Shown here: one piece after another, positions 41,850 through 56,896 of the stretch | Numbering within the stretch: position 1 is the first letter of the stretch | Layout: every line of letters begins with the position of its first letter | Assembly (NCBI GenBank): GCA_951406725.2 | Contig: OX597829.1 | Coordinates: 15,376,001-15,440,000 of the forward strand | Length of the DNA: 64,000 nucleotides | Reading direction: 5' to 3' | Source: Octopus vulgaris | Lineage: Eukaryota | Translations under genes and position numbers: made by a program | The notes under the pieces: generated by a model | Database searches by the model: none | Seen by the model: the letters and a program-made list of their open reading frames with translations, nothing else | Told to the model about the DNA's origin: nothing

Positions 41850-42560
41850 TACTTTGCAGTTCTTTCACAAATGGTAGAAAGAACAGCCAGAAAACTATGA
41901 TAATCACACACATCCAAATGGAAAAATAGCTAAAACAAATGTGTGATACGAAGTCAGGCAATGTAGCTGTAAGATTCCTCACATGAAACTTGACTCAGAC
42001 AGATTCTAATACCACACGCTATCTCACATACCTTAGGCGGTAGCAACGGTAAATGTTGAGATATCGCCTGCATCATTAGATTTTGATATTTGATGTGTAG
42101 TGGCATGTGTTATTCTAGAAGATCTAGATGCCCACTTCAATATTAAATATCAAAATGAAAATTGGGCTGGGACTGGACTGGACATCATGATCCAGGCGAA
42201 GCTTAAAAAGCATAGACAAGATTCTCTTACATTGTATTGTTATTATGGAAGACAGACCCCACCTAACCAGGAATCCCAACTGGCACTGCTTGTTAGAGGA
42301 AGATCCGCACTGCTACAAATATCACAAGAGGAGTAACTACGATAAAAAAAAACATTGGCAAGAAATGCACCAGTAAGTACAGTTACAACAACGGTAGCAG
42401 CAACAGGTAGAACAGTTGTAACAAGCAGCAATGACTGCAGTAATTACCATAATATCAGAGATTGGGGGAGAAAAAAAACAACCTCAACATCACAGCCGCG
42501 TGGGGAAACCAAGAGCACAAATAGTAATTCCACAGCGAGCACCGAAACCTTCAAGGAAGG
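41850..42560 (+). pseudogene. Highly degenerate Tx1-type ORF1 remnant
   Basis: ENWAGTGLDIMIQ...QLALLVRGR resembles DNWGGKTIVVTIQ...SLYVVAEGK of the Tx1 ORF1s in this window. Confidence 0.4.
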
Positions 42561-42699
42561 TCACTCATAAGCAATATACCGATACGCCATAACAACAGTG
42601 CATGCGCTTTGACATCCACATCTCTCTCCTAACACAGTCTTTGTGAATACCAACGCCACATCATACCATAAGGACCTGACGAAACTCTGGATTTCAATG

Positions 42700-43515
42700 A
42701 AAATGAAGTGATTGGTCTTGTTTAAAGAATATTCCTGTGGCTACATGGAATTGATTGTGTAGTCCCTTCTTGCGTAATTCTTCTTCTTGTCCTTTTTCTA
42801 CTTCTTCCTTTGTTTTACCTTTTTCTCTGCTCTCAATACTCCCGCGTTTCTAACTGTCACTAGCAAGGTTTCCTTACTTTGGGATAGGTATTTCATTAAA
42901 CTCTCGAGTTCGATACGCACGCAGTCCTCCACACATATTCCCTTCTTCCATTTACTCCCTTCATGTATAGGCCATCAGTGTCTGCACGTGGATGATGGGC
43001 TCCATGCATCGTTAGGAGCTTTCTAGACTTTAGCTCCATCTCCTTTAGCTCCTTATCTGTCCACTTAAGGATTCCAGTGCCATACCGAATTACTACGACT
43101 GCGCGAGTTTATTGCCGAAATTATGTTTCTGGCATTCAGCTTTGAAACCAATATTTTCCTTCCATCTCCGCAGGTACTCTCTTTTTTGTCTTTTTCCTTC
43201 ATGTTGTGGTTTTTATTCTATCTGCCTCAAATATTCCCAGGTATTTATAGCTGGATTGAGGTTGAATTACCTTCAGCATTTCATTTGGCAACCATATCTG
43301 TCTTCTGTCGTGGCAAGCTTTCCTCGTCTCATCACCATCGTAGAACATTTTGAGAGTCAAATCTCCATTATAATATCGTTGGAGAAAATCCGTAGAGACT
43401 GGATTAGGCTGTCCAGTTCTGCCTCAGATTTTTGTTTTGTGAATAGCTTCAGGTCGTTCATGAATAGCAAGTGGTTTAGTCTTCCCTTACCTCTTCCCAG
43501 ATCACATTCCAACTT
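42700..43515 (-). mobile_element. R4/Dong-type RT fragment
   Basis: LNHLLFMNDLKLF...ELDSLIQSLRIFSNDI; abuts (ATC)n/(ATT)n. Confidence 0.78.
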
Positions 43516-43516
43516 T

Positions 43517-43535
43517 ATCATCATCATCATCATCG

Positions 43536-43583
<48 letters not shown>

Positions 43584-43592
43584 CCATTCTCA

Positions 43593-43668
<76 letters not shown>

Positions 43669-45210
43669 TGTTGTTGATATTATTTGCATCATGTCTTTAC
43701 GTAAACCTCCACACAAAACGTAAACTGTCCTTGTAATGTCCACTTCATCTGATGCTCATCTGTCAAATAAAAGAAATTATTATTGCTGTTGTTGTCGTCG
43801 TTGTTGTTGTTATCATGATAATGATGATGATCATCATCATCGCCATCATTATCATCATCATCATCATCATCATCCTTTTGTAAAACCTGAATATAATAAT
43901 AATTTATAGGTTGATATGTTTGTTTGACTGTTTTTCCATCATTGTTTTGTTTTTTTTAAGAAATAATCATTTATTCATATTCTTTTCTGACAATATCCTA
44001 AATCTATCGATCTATTATATCTTATGCCAATCGAACTATTAATATTACTGTTTCTCTCATTAACTACAATTAATTTATATTTATAAACATTTCAATTTAT
44101 CTTTATTCTCTCAAACATAGATTTTCTAATTTATATATACATATATCTTTGTTGTAGTGTAGCTATTTTCGTTGTTTGTTTGTTTGTTTGTTGTTGTTGT
44201 TGTTGTTTATAGAAAAAAATGTATTCATAATTCTTTCATCTTATGTAATGCTAATCAAGACAAAAAAAATGAAATGAAATATCAAAAAAAAATCATTGCC
44301 GACATTCTCATTGGTATTCTTTTTCTCAAATACGTCCGATCTCCTCTCCACCACCTCATCACTATCATCATCATCATCATCATATCATTATCATCATCAT
44401 CATATCATCATATCATTATCATCATCATCATATCATCATCATATCATTATCATCATCATCATATCATCATCATCGTCATATCATCATCATCATTATATTA
44501 TCATCATCATCATATTATCATCATCAACATCGTCGTCATCGTCGTCATCACCCTCATCATTAATGCCAAAAATTATCATCAGCAATATCCCCCCATTATC
44601 TTTCGTGATGATGATGATCATCATCGTCGTCAACGTCGTCGTCATCATCATCATCATAAGCAGCAGTAGTATTAACATCAAATTAACGACGCTGACTATA
44701 ACACTATCAGCAATATTCCCCTCCTCCACATCATCATCTTTATCATTATCATCTTTATCACAATCAGCATCATCAACCTCCCTTTCATCATCACCACCAC
44801 CACCACCACCACCACCACCACCATCATCAGCTTGATCATCATCATCATCATCGGCAGCAGCAGCAGCAGTAACTGTAGCAGCAGCAGCAACATTAAATTA
44901 ACTTCAATAGCATCAACATTATCATTACCCACATAACTATCAACATGATCAGAACAATCAGCATTTTTATTATCATTATTATCATAATAAAAATAAAATC
45001 ATTATTATATCATCATCACCATCATCACCACCTCTACCACCACCACCACCACCACCACCACCACCATCATCATCAACATCGTCATTCTCATGATAATCAT
45101 CATCAACACCACAACCACCAACACCATCATCATTATCATCATCTTCATCATCGTCATCATCATCATCATCATCATCACCTTCACCACCTCCCATGTCATC
45201 ACCATAAACA
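43517..45210. repeat. (ATC)n/(ATT)n/(ACC)n trinucleotide field
   Basis: Directly visible. Confidence 0.9.
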
Positions 45211-47456
45211 ATAACTACAAAGAGAGCCGCTGTGATCAGTTAAACTGCAAGAAATATCAGTAAAACAATATAATGCCACATTTGAAAAATGTATGTAATA
45301 AACTGTGCTGTAAAAAAAGACGAGGTGGTCACGGCTAGATTAATTCTGAACATATGTATGCATAATCACGGTTGACTTTGGGTTAAACAGCCACAACAAT
45401 ATCAGTAATAGCAGCTACATTAACGTTATTGATTTTTTCCATTTGGTACCAATGAGTCAATGATTGAAGATAGGGGAGATGCGTTATATTTAATTTAATC
45501 GATTTCAGCTTTAAAATTTTTGAGGAAGAAAGATGGTACACAGAGTAGTGATAAAATGCGGATAATAAGGACCCAGCTTTCCTCCAACCAGCAGCTTATG
45601 AATGGTCAGATACAGCCAGCAATCACGTTGCTGGAGAGCCAATAAAATTCTAAATTAGTAACGTGATGATTGAGTAGATAAGATGTTTAACCACAGGTTA
45701 TATGTTCGAAAAGTATCAAAGTGTTTCATGTTATAATTGCGTTGTACTCTTAATTTTAGACCTCTCAGCCAAATAGTAATTCTCAATTTTAGATCATGCC
45801 TTACCCATCACCAAGTAAAATTCCACATCAACCCCTACACTGTACTGTTTCGGAAACAGGCTTAGATTTCCGATAATCTTTTAGGAGTCGCAAATATTCA
45901 ATGGACTAGTTCTCTGTCTAAGAAAAGACTTTATTCTGAACTCCTCATTAGATTTTATCAGTTGTAGGCTCACTCAATATGGCCGAATGGCAAAGAATTC
46001 TTTTAACTAACTGGCACACCGTCGGTGATTTCGACGATCGTTCCAGTTGACCCAATCAACAGAAAAGCTTGCTCGTGTAATAAACGTTCATGTGGCTGAG
46101 CAATCCTCAGACACGTGTACCCTTAATGTAATTTTCAGGGAGATGCGGTGGGACAAGGCTGGCCCTTTTAAATACAGGAACTGTTCATTTTTGCTAACTA
46201 AGTGGTCTGAAACTACGTGCGTTGCTGAAAGACAGAAAGCGCCGACGGGTATCAAATTACACCCATCCAATAAGCTAGTCGCCTTCACAAAGAAATCATT
46301 CGTTATATTCAGCCTGAGAGCTGCGGCCATGCTGGGACAATAAGAAGTTAGTTTTTACGAGAAAATGTCATTTTTATATATCTGAATTTCAACCCATATC
46401 TTTAAAATAGAAATGGTTAAGCGGAAAATGCGTGGAATCCCATCGGATGAATAGTCCTTAATAATTCAAAAGTTCAATTTCGTCCAGTATGACCACGCCC
46501 GCGTGATTGAAGTAAAAGAGTAAAGGAGTGTCCGTGAATGCTTAGCCATTCTTCAATATATCTCTTCATGGAAATTGGTGCTTAATTCATCAGACAATTG
46601 AACCCCCGTCACTGGAAATTCCGACCGGGATCAGTTTACTTTTCAATATTGTTACAATGGCTTTTAAGTTATCTATTTGTGTTATTCATGGCATTTAGAA
46701 TCCATTATATTTCAATAATAATAGCGCCATCAATCACGAGGAAACGTTTGCACTTCAAGAAGCGGATTTATTTTTGTTTTAAGTAGAATTCAATTTAGAA
46801 TAATAAGTTTTGCAATGTATTCTTATTAAGTAATAGATGGCAATATAATACGTGTGTGTGTGTATGTATACACACATATACACATGTATACACGCACACA
46901 TATATGCGCATTCATAAATATGTGTGTGTTTGTGAGTGTGTGTACGTGTGCGTTAAGGTCGTAACAAGTACCAAGAAGTGTCTTGTTACTTTCCAAGCAA
47001 TAAATTAAGAACCTTTTAAAAAAACTAAACAAAGGAAATATTTTCATTTTCCTAAATTAGTAAAAGGAGAGAGTTAAAAGAGTCAGTTTGTTGTAGTGTT
47101 TGAAACAACGATAATGGCTAAGGCTTTGGATCTAATCTTGCTGAGTACAAACAAAAGAAAAGAAGAAATGATTTTGGAAAGGAATGAAAAAGGCGGAATT
47201 TGAATTTGATATGAAATAACAAGTTTCATTTTGCGATTGTGAATATACATAACAATAGGCTTAAAGGAGATAATTAGAATAAATTTGTGCAACAACGGGA
47301 AAATTAGCCGATAAGTTAATGCTTCCTATTTTATGGATAGTGCTAAGTGCTCGTAAATCTAATTCTTCTAAATTCTTGTAGATTCTAACCATCGGGCTTC
47401 TGCACATAGATTTTCAGCCCAAATTAACAAAAAGTTTCAAGCAATTTAGAAGTTGG

Positions 47457-47779
47457 AGTAAAGATTATTTGCCAACATAACATGGCGGTCCTGATTTAGG
47501 ACGAATGTTGCTGTAATTTAGTTCCATCGTTTCCAGCTGGCTATACGACACGATCTGTGTCCTTATATTTTCTGTGCTGATGAAGAGAAATAACCCAGAA
47601 ATCGCGATACACAGATATTGTTTTGAGCTGAGTGGGGGTGCTAGATTTCCTTTTTCGAAAATATAAAGACATTGATCGTGTCGTATAGCCAGCTGGAGAC
47701 GATGTCTCCTGGGGCTAAATTACAGCAACATTAGTCCTAAACCAGGACTGCCATGTTATGTTGACAAACAATCTTTACT
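47457..47779. mobile_element. ~115-bp inverted repeats enclosing a minimal hammerhead (Penelope-type pLTR-like)
   Basis: Arms ~47457-47570 and ~47658-47779 are reverse complements; hammerhead core at 47571-47615. Confidence 0.72.
47571..47615 (+). ncRNA. Minimal type I hammerhead ribozyme motif
   Basis: UCUGUG-CUGAUGA-[weak stem II]-GAAA-UCGCGA-UA-CACAGA. Confidence 0.6.
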
Positions 47780-50700
47780 ACAAAGTACTGTTGCTGAATA
47801 TCTCTCGTTGTAAGATTTACAAATAGTCATTATCTAATTTAGAATTTATTTTAAAATTGTTACGCATTTGGATCGAACCAGGAACTTCGTGATTGACAAA
47901 CTGACATCTTAAACACTTGATTATGTACAAACACCCCAACAGTTAATGATTCCTTTACTTAATAAGAGTTTATCTTCCCGTTGCTACTCAATCCTCAGCA
48001 GAATTTGAGGGGTTTTGTTTTTTAGGCAATGGTAAGAAGCAGAAATCTGAAATCTCATCCATTCAACATTTCGAAATTTTGGCACATGATTCGAACCCAG
48101 AAATCCTTACCTTTCAGAATAAAGACAACTTTTTTTGTATTTTTCAATAGGATCGGGAATTATAACTCTGAAATTAATGCAATGACAGAGGTAGAAAGCG
48201 ATTTAAAAGTCGTAAAGCATCTTTTTGTGAAACTGTAGTCAATGGGCATCTCGATGCACACAAGGAGACTCCTCTCGATATGTTCCCCTTGTGCAAGTTA
48301 AATTACAGTTCCTCAGTGATGACGTAGACATTTTATTTCCCCAGTACATCCAATCCATTTACCAGCTCCCCTTCACCACGCATGGGCTCCTTCCGTCTAT
48401 TATGTGTAGGATCGAAGAAGATAAATCTCGGAGCGATAGCATCGAAAGTACGTTCCTGCTATCGAGCTTCAGTCCCATCAAATATTTGTGATCATAATGC
48501 GGAACTTCTTCGGCCTTACGTGCTGAGTGTAATTATGCACATGAACAATGTATATTTTCTCAACATTATCTATAGTTAAGAATTTTCACATGGGAAAATA
48601 TGTTATATCTTATCTCTAATACGTACCATGACGAGATGGTGAATTAAACGTCGGAAGAGTGCTTGATCGGCTTTTTTTTCTACACTCTGAGTTCGAATCT
48701 CATCGAGCCCAACTCTGCGGTTTTTCACTCCTTCTACAATAAATAAACAGCTACTTTGATCTATTTAATCAGCTAAGACGGTTTTCCTTGATTTTTCTCT
48801 TTGTCTGCTCAACATGTCTAGTATTCGTGTTAGCAATTTAATGAAATCACATAATTTATGTGGAATGCAATCTTAAAATCATATTCTTTCACATTCAATT
48901 ATAAATTCTGCTTAGTTATTAGCTTAACTGCAGCGATGATGAGACACTGGCTTAAAGAATTTTAGTCGGTCATATTGATCCGTGGCACTTATTTCAATTT
49001 AATACATACTTTACTAATATATTTGTCGAAGTATTAAAACAACCGTTTTTGGAGACCAATGCCAACGTAAGTACATACACAACGTTAACAATACACGGTT
49101 CTATGTATATACACTTGCACACACACTCCCATACACACACATACATACACAAAAACACACACACAAGCACACATACACACACATAAGTAAGTTTGAACTA
49201 TAACAACGAACACGCCTTGATCGGACGTGACAAGGCCGAGTTTTCAAACATCGAAAAAGGAAGGTTGTGGTAAGATTTTTAAAAAAAATAGAAAACTCAG
49301 AAAAGCGAATGCTATAATATCGATACTACGAATTATGAAAAATTTTAAGCAGCAGTAATTAAAACAAATGATCTTAAAAGCCGTGCATTTAAAGTTTTGA
49401 AAGGCTGTATATTTGAGAATATCATTATATCATATTTACCTTTCAAAATTTAAATAGCTAAGGAGCAGTAAATACCAGAGACAGTTAAATCGTGTGTGAA
49501 TGTTTTTTTTTTTTTTTTCGTTGGTAGAAATTCAAGAATGAATTTGGTAAAATTCCATATTAACAGGCGACTACAAGTCGGCAGCGAAATGAAAACTCAA
49601 TTTTCTTTTTTTTTATTTATTATTAACTGAATGTTTATTTCGAAATTGTTTATACACGTAAGAAATGTCCTAACCTTTCAGACAATAGTGCTTGTGTGAA
49701 TCGAAGCGAATATAATAAAACCTGATGCTCTGATAATACCATTCAAACATACGAACATTTTAACCAACGTACAAAAGACTGAACTTAGAAAATATAGAAA
49801 TACAGATATTAACTTCGGTCACTTGCGTATCTCACTTTGAATTGTTAGAATTATGATCGGCTTCCCAGACGAAATTTTGTTTTTTACACATGTGATCTTA
49901 ATGACTCTGAGGAAGCTATAAGATATTGCATAAACACTCAACTTTGAGTGCTCTGCTTCTTATAGCAAAACAGCTATAAGTTAACAAAGATAATTACGTA
50001 ATTCCTATTCTTTTGTCATTCAATAATTAATATTACACTCTGAACTCGTCTAACATTTTACTTTAAAGCATACGTACTTTGAATTCTAAAAACTGGTTAT
50101 TAGTATCGCCATTCACAAGCGAAATCATAAAATACATATGTTATTTATATTAAGATCTTAGCTGTTTATAGTTTGTGTCACACATGAGTTGTTACTTATA
50201 AATAAATGATTCGTGAGGTCATAAACTTTATATCTAATAAAGCTAAATATGCTGAAATAATCTAAAATACAGAAGAATTGATAGATGTGTGTAAACATGC
50301 TAACATTACTTGTTTACAAATATATCAATTATATTTAAAGTCTTAAGTTTCTGTAGCACGTGAATTCTGAGTTGTAAATAAATAATTGGTGAAGCTATAA
50401 AAATTGATCTAATAATATTAATATACTGAAACAATATAAAATATAAAAGCCTATATATGTATGTATATATATGTGTATGTGAGCAAATATATATATGTAT
50501 ATATGTTTGTGTATGTGTATATATATATATATATGTATATATATATGTATATATATGTATATGTATATTTATATGTATATTTATATATGTATATATATGT
50601 ATATTTATATATGTGTATATATATATGTGTATATATGTATATATATATATGTATATATGTGTATATATGTGTATATATATATATGTGTGTGTATATATAT

Positions 50701-51217
50701 GTGTGTGTGTATATATATGTGTATATATATGTGTATATATGTATATATATGTATATATGTATGTATATATATAACTAAGTTATACATAAATATACGTGTA
50801 TATATAACTCTAAGTTATACCTAAATATACATGTATGTGCATGTACGTGTACATGTGAGTGTATGTATGTGTACATGTGTATGTATGTATGTGTACATGT
50901 ATATGTATGTGCATATACATGTACATGTGTGTGTGCCTGTGTATGCTTGTATGTATGTATGCGAATATTTGCTGTGTTTACAAATATATCATTTATATTA
51001 ATATCTTAGTTGTTTATAGTTTCTGTTGCAAGTGAATCGTTTGTTATAAGAAAATGATTGGTGAGGTTATGAAGTTAATACAAATTGAATTTAATAATGG
51101 TAAATATGTTGAAACAAGTCTACAACAGAAGTTTTTGCATCCCTGAGTTTGCAGTAGGTGTAGTAACAGAAATATATTACAAAATATAAGGTGCGTAAAT
51201 ATTATGTGAGTATAAGT

Positions 51218-51430
51218 TGGCGAGCTAGCTGACTCGTTAGCACGCTGAGCAAAATCCTGGCAGACATCTCATCCGTCATAACATTCTGAGTTCGGATTCC
51301 GGTCTGGTCGACTTTGTCTTTCGTCCCCTTTCGGGGTCGGTAAGATAAACACCATTTGAACACTTGGGTCAATGTAATCGACTTACTCGGTCCCCTAAAA
51401 TTGCTGGCCTTATTTCCTAATTAGAAACCA
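51218..51430 (+). mobile_element. Degenerate tRNA-derived SINE (alternative tail)
   Basis: TGGCGAGCTAGCTGACTCGTTAGCACG head; GTCGACTTTG...TCGGGGTCG core. Confidence 0.7.
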
Positions 51431-52932
51431 ATAGTTTGTGTATATCGCTGTAGTAAATAAATGCAATATATAAAGCATCTAAATGTTATGTTTGTAGTGA
51501 ATAAACGTTCAATAATGAGAAACATTTTTTTAAATATCCGATATGTTCAGGATTGCGATTGAAAAGGCTACTTTCCGAGTGATTAGGTTCTTGCTCTCAC
51601 GACCATAATGTCGTACTCAATTCCAGGACCGGGTGGTGCGCTGTATCCTTGAACGAGGCAGCCTATTTTATATTGCACTAGTTAACTCAACTGCAATAGT
51701 CTGTCACCCGGTTTGGTTCTCATTTACCAATACCCGCGGGTACTTATTTCCTGGAATTAATACATGCTGGGCATGGATTGGGTGAGGAAGCTGAGTGAAT
51801 GCCTATGTCTGTTAGCGTCTATACAGCTTCCAAAATTATTAGAGAAAGCATAATACGTTTTCAAGACGTACTTCTTCGCTCGTGACGGGTAGAAATACGT
51901 GTACTTTTGTATGTTTTTTGAGTGTATCTATAAGAACATAATCCGATGATACTGCTTTAGTTGTTTTAAATCAATATGTTTCATTATATTTCTCAAATTT
52001 ACTCTCTTTGAAAACTATAAATAAATGGCTTTTAAAGGTTATTTTTCTTTTAAATATCATTAGATTATTTTTTCTAGAGATGACACAAGAGATTCTTTCT
52101 TAGCAGTGTTGCAACAATTTCTGATAAAACGAGAAATAATCATTCAATATGTCGAATAAAATTCCAGAAAACATCGTGAGAGTATAAGAAGTTACAAAAT
52201 ATAATTCAGCACGAACATTAATGATCGATGGATCACGTTGTTGATATATATCATATCCCAGGAAGAGAAGAGGCGGAACAAGCCTCTTTCCAATTAAAAT
52301 CTTGGATAATTAAACCCTTTATTGCGATTGTTGCAGTTACTTAATCAAACGCTTGTCATCCGTACCACTTCACATGAATGATCATTTACCATAACCGAAA
52401 AATAATGGTTTCAATTCCGCTTTTATATGTGTGTGTATATGTGTGCACCTGAGAGTGTATAGAGATACATATAGATATTTATATATAAACATATATGTAT
52501 ATAGCGAGTGGTAGATACATACATACATGCATGCATGCATGCATGCATACATACATACATACATACAATAATGTATAAATTATGCAAATTACCTAGGCTG
52601 TAAATTGTTCCTTCTCTGTTTTGTATAAGTCTAAATCCATTGGCTACTGGAGATAAGGTCGGACAATTGTCATGCTAGTGACAGTTATTGAGCCAGAAAC
52701 AAGTGTCCACGATTGTCAACATGTCTCTTGACAATAGGCCTGCCCTTTTCCTTATTTCCATGACATCTTTGAAGAATTCTTCATCCTTGAGCTGATCTTT
52801 CCCTGTTCATATGAAGATCTTCTCAAATAAAATCTGGGTATCGTGACACATCCTCTAAAGTGGAAAATAAATTTAATGAATCAAGAATTTGTGCTGTATG
52901 TTGTTTGGCAAGACGGTATGAATATACATACA

Positions 52933-52972
<40 letters not shown>

Positions 52973-52984
52973 TGTATGCATGAA

Positions 52985-53316
52985 AAGTGCATGGCTCAGT
53001 GGTCAGAACGTCGGGCTCACAATTATGAGACTGAGAGTTCGATTCCCAAACTGGGCTGCGTGTTGTGTTCTTGAGCAAAACACTTTGTTTCACGTTGCTC
53101 CAGTTCACTATGCTGTAGAAATGGGTTGCGACATCACTGTTGGTGCCAAACTGTATCGGCCTTTGTTTTTTTCCTTGGTGGCGTGGAGAGGAGAGGCTGG
53201 TATGCATGGGTGACTCCTGGTCTTCCATAAACAACCTTGCCCGATCTTATGATCTAGTGCCTCGGAGGGTTACTTTCTAGATGCGATGCCATGGTCATTC
53301 ATGACCGATGGGCGTC

Positions 53317-53318
<2 letters not shown>
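52985..53318 (+). mobile_element. tRNA-derived SINE (family of 40377-40708)
   Basis: GCATGGCTCAGTGGTCAGAACG...GAGTTCGATTCCC head; TGTTGTGTTCTTGAGCAA body. Confidence 0.8.
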
Positions 53319-53348
<30 letters not shown>

Positions 53349-53375
53349 GCATATAAATGTATATACATATATGTA

Positions 53376-53430
<55 letters not shown>

Positions 53431-53568
53431 GTACATATATATATATACATACACATATATATATATATATATATACATACATATATATATGTATGAATAT
53501 ATATATATATATATATACACATACATATATATACATATATATATATGTATGAATATATATATATATAC

Positions 53569-53632
<64 letters not shown>

Positions 53633-54600
53633 GTATATACTTATATATATATACTTTGCAAGATAAGGGCAGAAGAAAATTTCTAATGCCAGATACGCCG
53701 AAACAAAAAATTGTCGATAACCATTAAATTTATGCGTCTCGAAGCAAACCGATAGAAATCTCTAAAATATTCGTTATTACCGTATTGGTCCAATTTAAGG
53801 GTTAATTCACAAGAAATTTTCCCCTCTTCAGCGGCACATACGCGAGATATAAATGAACTACGGAAGAAGCAAACACCAAGTTCCAAGCAGACTTAAGTAC
53901 CCCAAATATATCCAAAATAGAAACATCCTCGGCGCACCTCGAGACACGTGTGATTCGAACTAGAAACTTATAAATAAATACATATATATATATATATATG
54001 TATGAATATATATGTATATATATATAATTATATATTATATATTTCATATATAGCTATATTTATATACATATATATTTATACGTTTACATAAATGTATATA
54101 TACTCACATATATTTATACGTTTACATAAATGTATATATACTCAAACATTTATATACGCATCCAGTATGTTTTAATAAATTGATGTGAGTCCACATTCAA
54201 ATGTCTTATGATCACCTCTAAAGCTGTTTTAGTTTCAAAAGTAAGTCGAAATATTAATATATTTACCTTTTGTTTACAAGCAGCTTAACCTCTAATATCT
54301 ACAGTTATAGATTTATCGTGAAGAAATATACAATTAACTATGAAATAAGTGAAGCAGCCAAAACAAACTGCCATTACATAAATGTTATGTCAACAGTAAC
54401 AGATGACTAGACATCAACATTTTAGACGAAGATCTGTTATCATTTGAAAATTTTCTTTAAAAAGAAATAGATATACAATAAATAAATACACATATACTCA
54501 TAATACACGCACACATACACACACACACACGCACACACACGTTTTATATACAGATGCAAACACAAACTCAGCGTATGTGTACATACATACCGTATGTATG

Positions 54601-54659
<59 letters not shown>

Positions 54660-56569
54660 ATGTATGTATATTTGTCAGCTCATGTATATATATATATATA
54701 TATATATACACATAAGCTGACAAATATACAAATACGTTCACATATTCACATACAATTACATACACACATATGTATGAATACGGACAAATAAACTTCAGCG
54801 TGTGTATACATGACACATCTTTTACACAAATAAATATATACATACGAAATTCATACATACACAATTAATATATATATATATCCATATGTACATACACTGT
54901 CCTAAAAACGTACACACACACACGCAATATAACGCTGTATACACACATACCTATAGTTTTAATGTATGCTTGCATACATTAACTAAATCTCTTATACCAA
55001 CATACACCTAAACATGCATGCACTGCGGAAAAGTACACACAGAAGCATCATAATTAAGCTGAATATGCAGAGATAAACTAAGATAATTCCAGTAAACGTT
55101 AAATATTAATTTAAAAAAATAAAGGCAACCTCGCATAGATTCAGTAACAGTACAACGTAAACTCTAGATAACATATTTTGTGACGTATGCACCCAGACAA
55201 CCGTAATATGACGTATTAAGCACAACATATTTACAATAAATCCTGTAACTACGGCCACAAAACTGTATGCATTAATATACAAATTTCTAAACACATACAA
55301 TACACATCCACACACATGCATGCATACATACATACATACATACATACATACATACATACACACATACATACAATAGGTATATATATATATATAGTCATAT
55401 AAACTGACGTATATATAAAAATATATATAAATATATACATATGCAAAAAAAATGTTGAAAGGCAAAGGCAAAACAAACTTTTTACTGTTTAGATAACTTA
55501 AAGAAATATACCAACCACAGGTGTAAGACTGACAGCCTGTACGTTGTGTGTGTGCGTGTGTGTGCGTGCGTGTGTGTGTGTATGTGTGTGTGTGCATGCG
55601 TGTGTATGTGTATGCATGCGTGTGTGTGTATGTGTGTGTGTGTGTGTGTACGTGTGTGTGTGTGTGTGCGTGCCTGTGTATGTGCGTGTTTGCGTATGTG
55701 TATGTATGTGCGTGCGTGTGTGTATGTGTGCGTGCGTGTGTATCTGTATGTACGTGCGTGTGTACGTGCCTGTGTATGTATGTACGTGTTTGCGTATGTG
55801 TATGTATGTGCGTGCGTGTGTGTATGCATTTCTGCACGCGTGCGTTCTTAGTAATAATATGGAACCAGAAAGAGGAAGTGAGAGGTTGTGGAAGTCAGAA
55901 ACCGAAGCGCCCTCTAGTACTTGGCAGTTATTATATCAATTAGAAATAATATAATAACACGGTGATTGATGGGACTAAGTTACCCAGAGGATTAAAGTTA
56001 AACCAGAAGGCAGCGTAGAACGGATATTCGGAACATGTAGAGGGAAATCAATATCAATACAATACAAAAATAATAAATGTATTAGAATCCTAACGACAAC
56101 ATTATATTGGCCCTATACCTCTCATTGTATTGCAATGATCTGAACACATATCTACTTTAATGATTATATGAGTTAATCATTCAGTATATATAAGAAAGTT
56201 TTCCTGCGTAAGTGCGAGGACCTAATAATCAGTTCACCACATTTATTAATTAGACTGAATTTTTGTTTTTCTAATACTTTGTATAAGCACAGCTTGCATC
56301 TGCCCTGCCTCCTACATATGGCTATGCAGCACCTACTATTGAACTCGCAACATAATATCTATGTCTTCGTCAGTGAATATTCGTAAAATCTGGTTAATAA
56401 ACGTATCCGGTTGGAACAGGATAAACGTTACTCCTGCTGGGAAAACGGTTATATACTTCAGTTTACTTGCATCTCATAGTTTGAGACTGGAACAGAAACC
56501 AGGATCCACATGGTGTTGCTTTTGTTTTCGAAGCCGTGTCATCTGCCCTTAAGAATACACTTCTATATT

Positions 56570-56727
56570 TAAGAGATGAGGAATCATGTATATTATTTAC
56601 ATTACTTACATTTGACGGATATTTGTCCTCATCTTGTTTGTTTCGCTGTCTTGGGGACATTTCGAGCCTGGGTTCTCATTCCTAAGATATTTTCCGATGT
56701 TGTTGTAGTTATTATTATTATTATTAA

Positions 56728-56774
<47 letters not shown>

Positions 56775-56833
56775 TCACTGCCTGGAATCGAACTCGGAAT
56801 GTTGGGTTAGTAGCCCGCGCTCTTAACCACTAC
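56570..56833 (-). mobile_element. tRNA-headed SINE-like element, inverted partner of 56897-57226, with the hammerhead segment deleted
   Basis: Reverse-complement match to the head and tail of the right-hand copy. Confidence 0.75.
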
Positions 56834-56896
56834 TAAGGAAGGGTTGGAAAATCTTAGATTTATAAAGCCTAATGTTCACTCCGTAATTGCCCAGGA

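Noticed and set aside
44172-45214. Poly-His/poly-Ser ORFs resembling metal-binding proteins
   Set aside because: Translations of (CAT)n/(CAC)n repeats; no splice or domain context.
53700-53960. Hammerhead on the minus strand (CTGAAGA...)
   Set aside because: No correctly placed GAAA or closing stem I.
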